A stretch of DNA of 64,000 bases from Candidatus Berkelbacteria bacterium (GTDB taxonomy: Bacteria > Patescibacteriota > UBA1384 > DTJR01). Of the stretch, positions 57,509-64,000 are shown one piece after another (the first letter of the stretch is position 1; every line of letters begins with the position of its first letter). The stretch is taken from assembly GCA_026397175.1 (NCBI GenBank), contig JAPLVK010000022.1, forward strand, positions 5,689 to 69,688, read 5' to 3'. The translations under genes were made by a program, and so were the position numbers. A model generated the notes under the pieces. That model ran no database searches. It was given only the letters and a program-made list of their open reading frames with translations, and was not told the origin of the DNA.

Positions 57509-57645
57509 TTGAAAAATTTGGGGTTAACTTTTTTTGCGTACGCAAAAAAACCGTTTAGCATTTCGAGTTTTTCAGTAGCCGTTTTTCCCTTGATTACCGA
57601 CATATAAAATTTATCGGCTTTAGAGGTTGCGCTTTTTTTCTTCAT
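57472..57645 (-). CDS. Small basic protein overlapping the NTase start
   Basis: MKKKSATSKADKFYMSVIKGKTATEKLEMLNGFFAYAKKVNPKFFKCKNNPKPQQTS; 37-bp overlap with the NTase start. Confidence 0.3.
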   Translation of the reverse strand: MKKKSATSKADKFYMSVIKGKTATEKLEMLNGFFAYAKKVNPKFFKCKNNPKPQQTS

Positions 57646-57754
57646 ATTGTTTAAAGTTTCCCACAAACCACTTGAAAAATAAAGCATAACCAAACTCCAC
57701 CCGCCGGGTGGAGTTTTAAGGGTTTTGATTGATCTGTTTAAAATTTAAATTTAT

Positions 57755-58840
57755 TTATAGCACACTTTTAATAATCTCCAGGGCTTTTTTGAGCTTGATC
57801 TTATCTGATATCAAACTAATTCTGAAATAATCTTTTCGAGAAGAAAAAATACTTCCGGGCATCACAAGCACGCCTTTTTTCGCTAGTTCGGCAACGAATA
57901 TTTTCTCTTCTGATGGGCATTTTATAAAAAAATAAAAACCGCCGTCAGGAATCACAAATTTGAAATTACCACCTAGCTCTTTTATTACCATATCTCGATT
58001 TTTCTTATATATCTTTGAAGCTTTTTGGGAAATATCAAGGTTATCCACAAATAATTCTTGAATAAAATCCGCGACACAGACCTGCTCTAGAAACAAAAGT
58101 TTATTGGCGGCTTCGATCACTTCGACCGGCCCGCACAAGTAGCCGATTCTCAATCCGGTTGCGGCGTGGGATTTAGAAAAACTGTTGACAACAATGGTTT
58201 TATAGTAAAACTCTGCCGGGCTTAAGAATTTATTGTCATAATCGAAATCCTTATATACCTCGTCGGAGATTATAAACAAATCATGTTTCTTGGCTAGCTT
58301 GACGACCTCAAGCAAAAATTCTTTGGTATAAATCCGGCCGGTAGGGTTGCTTGGGGAATTGAGTAAGATTGCTTTGGTCTTTGTTGAGATTTTTTTGCTG
58401 ATTTGTGATAACTCGGGAATGAATGTTGGAAAGGTTGGGATGACCTTCGGTTTAGCCCCAACAATTTTGGCAAGCTCAATGTACGGAGGAAAATAGGGCT
58501 CAAAAATAATAATCTCGTCATCACGATCAAAAAGCGTTTGATAAGCAAGAAACAAAGAATACGAACTGCCAGTAGTGATTAGAATATTATCTTTGGTGTA
58601 TTGAGTTTTGTTCTGATTGTTGATGTGATCCGCGATTTGTTCTCGAAGTATAGTGTTTCCTTTGGAAGATGAGTATTTAAATCGAGAATTTGAACAGTTG
58701 AGAAGTTTTTGTTTAACCTTTTTGTGCACATCAAAATCGGGTTCCCCGATCGTAAGGTTAATCAAATCGTTTGATTGGGATTTGAAATAACCTTCGAGGT
58801 TAGGCAGGATGATCCTATTAATTGTTTTTGACAGTTTCAT
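57755..58840 (-). CDS. Class I/II pyridoxal-phosphate aminotransferase
   Basis: NLTIGEPDF, ...SFSKSHAATGLRIGY (PLP lysine). Start taken at Met-19 (MKLSKTIN...). Confidence 0.8.
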   Translation of the reverse strand: MKLSKTINRIILPNLEGYFKSQSNDLINLTIGEPDFDVHKKVKQKLLNCSNSRFKYSSSKGNTILREQIADHINNQNKTQYTKDNILITTGSSYSLFLAYQTLFDRDDEIIIFEPYFPPYIELAKIVGAKPKVIPTFPTFIPELSQISKKISTKTKAILLNSPSNPTGRIYTKEFLLEVVKLAKKHDLFIISDEVYKDFDYDNKFLSPAEFYYKTIVVNSFSKSHAATGLRIGYLCGPVEVIEAANKLLFLEQVCVADFIQELFVDNLDISQKASKIYKKNRDMVIKELGGNFKFVIPDGGFYFFIKCPSEEKIFVAELAKKGVLVMPGSIFSSRKDYFRISLISDKIKLKKALEIIKSVL

Positions 58841-59913
58841 TGGATTTGTTTTGCTTCGCTTTCTCAACTTTCTCTTTAGCAATTTGGTAAGCAATCATCA
58901 TCGGAGGAACATTTTTTTCTTTCGATAGCGCAAATACCTGCTTCAAAAGGCCCGGAATTAAGTCGGTTTTCTTGAGCGCATTATTGACATCTTCGCCTCT
59001 CACTTCGCACATACCATGGCAAACTCCTCCTGCATTGATTACAAAGTCAGGAGCATGAAGGATGCCCTTTGCGTACAAAATCCGGCTGTGTTTTACTTCG
59101 TCCTTTAGCTGATTATTCGCTCCACCAGCGATTATTTTGCAATTTAACTCATCAATCGAATCATCATTAATTATTTCTCCGATTGCATTGGGAGAGAAGA
59201 TATCACATTTTACTTTGTGAATTTCTTTTGGATCAACTATCTCAACACTATATTCTTTTTCGTATTTTTTGGTCAGCGCTTCATCAAGATCAGAACCGTA
59301 AATCTTAACATTATGCGAAGAAAGCAGCTCAACAAGCGTCCCACCAACATATCCGAGCCCTTGCACTGCTATAGTTAAGCCGTCAAGATTCTCGTTATTG
59401 AGAAATTCTTTTGCGCATTCCTTAATCCCTTTATAAACGCCGTGTCCGGTTGTTACGCCCGAGCATCCTTTGGAGTTAAAGATGTACTTCGTTTTTTCGC
59501 GAATGATTTTGGCGTCATCGAGGCTAAGTCCCATATCAACTCCGGTTAGAAATGCTCCGCCCAAGGATTCTATGAAATTGCCGATTGCATGCAAAAATTC
59601 TTTGCTTTTTGGTTTACTGGGATCACCGATCACTACCGCTTTTGATCCGCCAAAGGGCTCGTTTATAATTGCATTTTTATATGTCATAGCATAAGAAAGA
59701 CGCAGCGCTTCTTCGATCGCCTTGGCTTCCGAAACATCCACCATTCTGGTTCCGCCCGTGCTTGGCCCCAGTGTGGTATCATGAATCGCTACAACCATTT
59801 TTAATCCGGTCTCCTGGTTGTACCCGAAAATGATTTTCTCGTGCTCGTTGGTTTCCATAATGTCGAAGACATTTGTCTTGATGTCTGGTTCGATATAGGT
59901 GAGTTTTTTCATG
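58818..59913 (-). CDS. Leucine/phenylalanine dehydrogenase-like (Glu/Leu/Phe/Val DH family)
   Basis: VAIHDTTLGPSTGGTRM... and a Rossmann GLGYVGG. Start taken at MKKLTYIE, preceded by GGAGGAA at a 5-nt spacing; the ORF-track N-terminal extension is unsupported. Confidence 0.8.
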
Positions 59914-59932
59914 AATTCCTCCATAAGTTTAT

Positions 59933-60117
59933 TTAATAAAAAAATCTTTCGCTTAAAAGGACGAAAGATTTCTTCCGTGGTGCCACCTTTTTTGCCTGCT
60001 GTTGCAGGCCCCTTAGACACTCCGGTATTACCCGACATGTCTTAGCTCGATTACGGGAGCTCCCGGCGTTGGCTACTATTAGTTCACCAAGCGTCTCGCA
60101 GGCCCATTCTCCTGGTC
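59933..60117 (-). promoter_or_regulatory. Roughly 185-nt 5' leader with terminator/anti-terminator features; possible T-box-like attenuator
   Basis: Minus-strand ...GGGGCCUGCAACAGCAGGC-AAAAAAGGUGGCACCACGGAAG-AAAUCUUUCG-uccuuuuaag-CGAAAGAUUU-UUUUUAUU, then the SD. GGUGGCACCACGG is close to the T-box consensus AGGGUGGNACCGCG. Confidence 0.35.
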
Positions 60118-60125
60118 ATCAACTT

Positions 60126-60154
60126 TCTTAAATTTAATATACAACTAAATATTT
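60126..60154 (-). promoter_or_regulatory. Sigma70-like promoter TTGACA-17-TATATT (minus strand)
   Basis: Reverse complement of tgtcaa (60149-60154) and aatata (60126-60131), with a 17-nt spacer. Confidence 0.55.
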
Positions 60155-60224
60155 ATTTTGTCAAATAAATAAACAAACATGGCGCCGTCAGAGACGGCGC
60201 CATGGGACGATGCACAAGCAATCG

Positions 60225-61196
60225 CTAGATGATCGCGCGAATTGCTTCGAGCGTTGAGAGTTGCTCGTCGGGGATGACATTGCCGAACACATTGTTCAGC
60301 ACTGTTACCACCCCAGTCGGAGCAACTCCATTGCGGGAGATACAGTAGAGGAAACCCTTCGGGAAGGTCTTCACTTGGACGAAATATTCGGTCGGCGGGA
60401 AAACCATCCCAACCAAACGGTTCAGACCAACCTGGTCAAACCAGTTGGAGAGGAAAAAACCTCCTTGATCTTTACGAACACCGACGACCTGCAGACCAAT
60501 GATGTCTGGCCTCTGGACTAGTTGTCTTGCGGTGCAAGATATCAGTTCTAACTTGAACTCCTCCAGCGCGACCGAATCCAAGTCCGCGCTAAGTTCCATG
60601 CCGGTCTCGATTCGGGAGATCTCCTGGCCGTTGAAAGTCAGGTAGTCGAACCAGAAGTTGTCGCCAAGAATCTCGCGGTTGGCAATGTACTCGTCGAACC
60701 CAGCATTCGGGTAGCCGTGATCAGGGTTCGGGAGGAAGAAGGCCTTAACATCATACACACCCATAATCAGAGTGCGATTGGCGGGTGGAACACCGCCGGC
60801 GATATCGAGGATCGCTCCGGGATGGTAGCTGATATCAGCGCCACATTCCTGACACTTGGCCAGAGTATGGCTCTTGGCCGTTGCGAGCAGATTCGGCGAC
60901 AGGTCGTTGAAGAAAACATTGACCAATCCTCTGTTCGGCGGCTTGCAGGGATCACATCCGGAGCAGATGGCCTGCTTAAAGATCATCAGCGGATCTCGGC
61001 AACCAACCGCTCCACCAAATGTTACAACATTCGAGATACCAGGGATTCTCCTGCAAATCTCGATTACAGCGTCCATCTCACCTGCGTTGTCGACCGTCAT
61101 GTCGGCGGTCTCGTAGATATCAAACTGCCGATCCCAAAACTTGAGTTGGCCCGCCCTATCAAGGGCGGGCTTTCGCCAGGAACACGGGTTTGCCAT
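60225..61196 (-). CDS. Hypothetical GC-rich protein with Cys cluster (possible class-I methyltransferase-like fold)
   Basis: ...VVTFGGAVGCRDPLMI... is Gly-rich and SAM-loop-like; CSGCDPCKPP...CQECGAD. Start at MANPCSW; the ORF-track start abuts the tRNA. Function not recognised. Confidence 0.4.
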   Translation of the reverse strand: MANPCSWRKPALDRAGQLKFWDRQFDIYETADMTVDNAGEMDAVIEICRRIPGISNVVTFGGAVGCRDPLMIFKQAICSGCDPCKPPNRGLVNVFFNDLSPNLLATAKSHTLAKCQECGADISYHPGAILDIAGGVPPANRTLIMGVYDVKAFFLPNPDHGYPNAGFDEYIANREILGDNFWFDYLTFNGQEISRIETGMELSADLDSVALEEFKLELISCTARQLVQRPDIIGLQVVGVRKDQGGFFLSNWFDQVGLNRLVGMVFPPTEYFVQVKTFPKGFLYCISRNGVAPTGVVTVLNNVFGNVIPDEQLSTLEAIRAII

Positions 61197-61227
61197 AGTG
61201 AACGCCTCCTTGGATTGGTGGAACATT

Positions 61228-61303
61228 TGGCACGCCGGCGGGGACTTGAACCCCGAACCTTCGGTTTTGGAGACCGCTACTCTGCCAATTGAGCTACCGG
61301 CGT
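61228..61303 (-). tRNA. tRNA-Trp(CCA), copy 1
   Basis: ACGCCGG-UA-GCUC-AAUUGGCA-GAGU-A-GCGGU-CUCCAAA-ACCGA-AGGUU-CGGGG-UUCAAGU-CCCCG-CCGGCGU-G-CCA; discriminator G73. Confidence 0.8.
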
Positions 61304-61309
61304 GTTTTC

Positions 61310-61777
61310 CTACGCTGATAAGTCACTGATGATTGGGTCAGCGACAAGTAGCAGGTCAGAGAACTTAATCTTCAAGCTCGATGTCCTTTGTCCGAGGCCG
61401 CAGTAAACGGTTTCGGAATCTATCGAAGAGTCGAATGCGGTTACGAGTTGAAGCCCAAACGGCGGGATTGCTCCGATTTCCACATTCAGACGGTCTTGTA
61501 CCTCTTGGGTCGTGGCCAGATCAACCTGGGATCTCGATAGTCCGAAAGCTTTTGCTGCTTTGGATCGTGAGATTCGTTTGTCGCCTGGCAATACAGCTAA
61601 CAGCAAATTGCCGGATCGCTTGTCCTTGAGAATGATGGCCTTAACCATCTGGACATATTCTATGCCCAGCACTCGAAAAACATCATCCGTTGTTATGACC
61701 GCTTCGTGATCAATAACCTCAAACGGCAGGTTACGGTCAGTGAGGATTGCTATCAGTTTGTTTTTCATGATGATCAC
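61310..61777 (-). CDS. YbaK/ProX-family aminoacyl-tRNA deacylase-like protein
   Basis: 155 aa. ...VKAIILKDKRSGNLLLAVLPGDKRISRSKAAKAFGL...EIGAIPPFGL is typical of the YbaK/ProX trans-editing fold. Confidence 0.65.
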   Translation of the reverse strand: MIIMKNKLIAILTDRNLPFEVIDHEAVITTDDVFRVLGIEYVQMVKAIILKDKRSGNLLLAVLPGDKRISRSKAAKAFGLSRSQVDLATTQEVQDRLNVEIGAIPPFGLQLVTAFDSSIDSETVYCGLGQRTSSLKIKFSDLLLVADPIISDLSA

Positions 61778-61786
61778 AGGTTAAAA

Positions 61787-61862
61787 TTGGCACGCCGGCG
61801 GGGACTTGAACCCCGAACCTTCGGTTTTGGAGACCGCTACTCTGCCAATTGAGCTACCGGCG
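61787..61862 (-). tRNA. tRNA-Trp(CCA), copy 2
   Basis: Identical to copy 1 except for acceptor position 1 (G1·U72 rather than A1-U72). Confidence 0.8.
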
Positions 61863-61873
61863 CGCAATTCTAC

Positions 61874-62872
61874 CTAGAACCGTATCAGTCCGACTTTGGT
61901 CCGGACTTCCTCGAGTGTTTCTGTGGCACTTTCGCGCGCCGTGATTCCTCCTTGGTGCAGAACATCGCGCACGAGGTTCTTTTGTCGCGCGAGTACTTGT
62001 CGCCTTTCTTGCATCGGTGCCAGCATGCTAATGACCGCGCTAGCAAAGCAGTCCTTGCACTCAACACAGCCAATTTGGGCATTCTCACAAACCGGTATGA
62101 TGTCTTGGGCGGCTTTATCGGCTCCCAAGACATGCTCCTGTAGTACATAGAGATTACACTCCCAGGGATGTCCCGAGTCGGTGCGTCTCTCACGCTTGGG
62201 GTCTGTGAGGGCATTGCGGCACTTCTGTCTGATAATCTCCTCTGAATCAGTCAGGGCGATTGTCGCACCCGAGGACTTACTCATCTTGCCTTCGCCCCCT
62301 AAGCTCGGGACACGGATGTCCTTGCCGGAAAGCTTCTTGGGGATGGGAAAGGTCAAACCGAATTTGGCGTTGAAGCTCCGGGCCAGATCGCGAGCTATCT
62401 CGAGATGAGGCAGTTGATCTTCACCGACAGGAACGACATTGGCCTTCTGGATGAGAATATCGGCCGCCATAAGTATCGGGTAGGTCAGAAGACCCGTGTT
62501 GATGTTGTCCGGTTGAGACGCCGCTTTTTCCTTGTAGGTAGGGCAACGCTCGAGCACAGAAACCATCATGAGGTTGGACAAAATCCAACTCAATTCAGGG
62601 ATCTGCGGGACAGACGACTGGGCGAAGATGACCGCCTTTTCCGGATCAAGTCCAGCAGCAAGATAGTCCAGTACAAGTTCTCCAAGGTTGTCGCGTAGCT
62701 CGGCCGGGTTAGTTAGCGTCGTCAACGAATGCCAATCAGCCACAAAGAAGTGGCAGTTGTATTCGTCTTGCATCTGGACGAAGTTTCGGATTGCGCCCAG
62801 ATAGTTCCCGAGATGCACATTGCCGGTGGCGCGGATACCCGACACCACAATTGGTTTCAAACTGGTCTCCAT
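61874..62872 (-). CDS. trpS: Tryptophanyl-tRNA synthetase with C-x22-C-x6-C-x2-C motif
   Basis: GNVHLGNYLGAIRNF (HIGH-type) and KMSKS. The insert CNLYVLQEHVLGADKAAQDIIPVCENAQIGCVECKDC has the same Cys spacing as the [4Fe-4S]-binding TrpRS of Thermotoga. Confidence 0.9.
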   Translation of the reverse strand: METSLKPIVVSGIRATGNVHLGNYLGAIRNFVQMQDEYNCHFFVADWHSLTTLTNPAELRDNLGELVLDYLAAGLDPEKAVIFAQSSVPQIPELSWILSNLMMVSVLERCPTYKEKAASQPDNINTGLLTYPILMAADILIQKANVVPVGEDQLPHLEIARDLARSFNAKFGLTFPIPKKLSGKDIRVPSLGGEGKMSKSSGATIALTDSEEIIRQKCRNALTDPKRERRTDSGHPWECNLYVLQEHVLGADKAAQDIIPVCENAQIGCVECKDCFASAVISMLAPMQERRQVLARQKNLVRDVLHQGGITARESATETLEEVRTKVGLIRF

Positions 62873-62925
62873 TTAGATTCTCCATTCTATCAAAAATGCA
62901 TCGCGTTAGACACGATCTTGTACTC

Positions 62926-62952
62926 TTTATAACAGATAAATTAATATTGTCA
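62926..62952 (-). promoter_or_regulatory. Sigma70-like promoter upstream of trpS (TTGACA-15/16-TTATAA)
   Basis: Minus-strand gagtgTTGACAatattaatttatctgTTATAAagag, then GGAG 7 nt before the ATG. Confidence 0.45.
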
Positions 62953-63069
62953 ACACTCCTGTTAATTTAGTTTTAACTTAAACTATTCAGGATCTATTGC
63001 TCGAAAAAACCTGTTTATTCTCATCTGGCTAATGAGATAATAGTACTTCTTCACAAAAGTTACATGGCC

Positions 63070-64000
63070 CTACAAGATTGGTGCCGAGAAGTTTTCGTCT
63101 TTGAGTTTGTCGAGGACTTCCAGCTCTTTAGATTTTTCGCGTGAAATTTCCCGCTCGGCCTCGGCTTTATTGATACAATAATTCGCGCGCGAGTTTGCGA
63201 CAATTTGTTCTTTAAATGAAGTTGTAACTTCGGGAACGGTCAGTGTTTTGGCGGAGAAGGCCTCTTTGACCTCTTCGTCAATTGAAAGTTTGAGATAAAT
63301 TTCGCGAACACCCAAATTTGTAATATCAATGGCTTTAAATCGCGGCTCAAATTCTTGCTCCAAAAGCGCGGCATCCTCCGGCCCGATTCTAAAGGAGATG
63401 ATCGAGCCGACATTTCCAAAAACCGTTTTGCGAATAACTTCTGAAAGCTGCGAAACATATTGATGAGACATGGTCAGCGATAATTTATATTTCCTTGATT
63501 CTGACAAGATGTTTGAAAATGATTCGGTGGCAAAGTTTTGAAACTCATCAACATTAAGATAAAACGGCACGCGTTGATTTTCAGCAACATCGGCGCGAGC
63601 GAGCGCGGTTTGATAAATTCTGGTGATCAACATCGCGCCCAAAAGAGAAACATTTTCTTCGCCCAAAATCCCCTTCGGCAATTTAACCAGAAGGATCTTT
63701 TTGTTATCCATAATATCTTTGAGCACAACTTTATTTTCTTCTTGACCGACAATATTTCGAATCAGAGCGTTTGAAACAAACTGGCCGATTTTATTTAAAA
63801 TCGGCATAATCGCTTCGGAGTCAAACTTTTCCGACCAGCCGGCAAATTCGTTGGTCCAGAAATTTTTAACAACTTGATCTTCGATCGTTTTGATAATTTC
63901 TTGACGATATTCTCGGTCGGTTAAAATAAGCAAAATTGACATAACCGAGGCCTTGGGCGCGTCAAGCAAAGCCAAAAGCGTCATTCTTAAAACATGCTCG
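63070..64000 (-). CDS. C-terminal part of a HerA/TraG/VirD4-like (DUF87/AAA-like) ATPase; N-terminus beyond the window
   Basis: ...VPFYLNVDEFQNFATESF... resembles the Walker-B/DEFHxL region of DUF87/coupling-protein ATPases. The ORF is still open at 64000. Confidence 0.35.
   Translation of the reverse strand, partial: EHVLRMTLLALLDAPKASVMSILLILTDREYRQEIIKTIEDQVVKNFWTNEFAGWSEKFDSEAIMPILNKIGQFVSNALIRNIVGQEENKVVLKDIMDNKKILLVKLPKGILGEENVSLLGAMLITRIYQTALARADVAENQRVPFYLNVDEFQNFATESFSNILSESRKYKLSLTMSHQYVSQLSEVIRKTVFGNVGSIISFRIGPEDAALLEQEFEPRFKAIDITNLGVREIYLKLSIDEEVKEAFSAKTLTVPEVTTSFKEQIVANSRANYCINKAEAEREISREKSKELEVLDKLKDENFSAPIL

Noticed and set aside
57472-57693. Full 73-aa ORF-track version of the small ORF upstream of the NTase
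   Set aside because: The N-terminal 16 codons (MVMLYFSSGLWETLNN) precede a more plausible start (MKKKSATSK). Even the shortened ORF is low-confidence.
60261-61329. Plus-strand ORFs (62-191 aa) across the GC-rich 333-aa gene and the tRNA-Trp
   Set aside because: Typical high-GC antisense open frames; one runs through a tRNA gene.
61885-62932. Multiple ORFs (63-109 aa) on both strands inside trpS
   Set aside because: Alternative-frame artefacts of a GC-rich gene. trpS itself has HIGH/KMSKS motifs and a promoter plus RBS.

Overview
This 64-kb window is a gene-dense, mostly AT-rich bacterial chromosome segment with the general look of a small-genome, possibly Patescibacteria/CPR-like organism (inference only). 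No base composition was computed; all GC statements are by eye.

Housekeeping genes: a truncated pgeF-like gene, comM/yifB, guaA, miaA, ksgA, pcrA/uvrD, ftsH, rnhA, an L,D-transpeptidase, two Glu/Leu/Phe/Val-family dehydrogenases, an NRAMP transporter, an ABC-2 exporter, a CaCA exchanger and trpS. Five tRNAs are present: two divergent CAU tRNAs, tRNA-Ile(UAU), and two near-identical tRNA-Trp copies.

The centre of the window (14.6-34.3 kb) is a roughly 20-kb single-strand type IV pilus operon. It contains PilB, PilT, PilC, PilD, a major pilin, four pseudopilins, PilN/PilO-like proteins and large secreted adhesin-like proteins.

Features worth follow-up:
- A GC-rich tRNA-Trp / YbaK-like deacylase / tRNA-Trp / Fe-S-type TrpRS block (60.2-62.9 kb).
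- A possible T-box-like attenuator leader upstream of a LeuDH, aminotransferase, small ORF, minimal nucleotidyltransferase and 573-aa Cys-repeat protein operon (55.2-60.15 kb).
- A same-strand run of accessory genes at 49.5-57.7 kb: an Elp3-like radical-SAM/GNAT protein, DinD-like, RhuM-like, a two-gene DUF cassette, and a PaaX/Cas2-fold gene bracketed by inverted palindromes.
- A family of CGATCG-centred palindromes at 9.9, 10.1, 54.2 and 54.9 kb.
- Two copies of a roughly 170-bp structured repeat showing compensatory hairpin changes (4.8 kb and 35.2 kb).
- A promoter-to-terminator, ORF-free, GC-rich roughly 430-nt candidate ncRNA (9.44-9.91 kb).
- A T16/A16 homopolymer beside an in-frame-interrupted surface-protein gene.
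- GC-rich, apparently horizontally acquired guaA.

No CRISPR array, rRNA or integrase/transposase was recognised.
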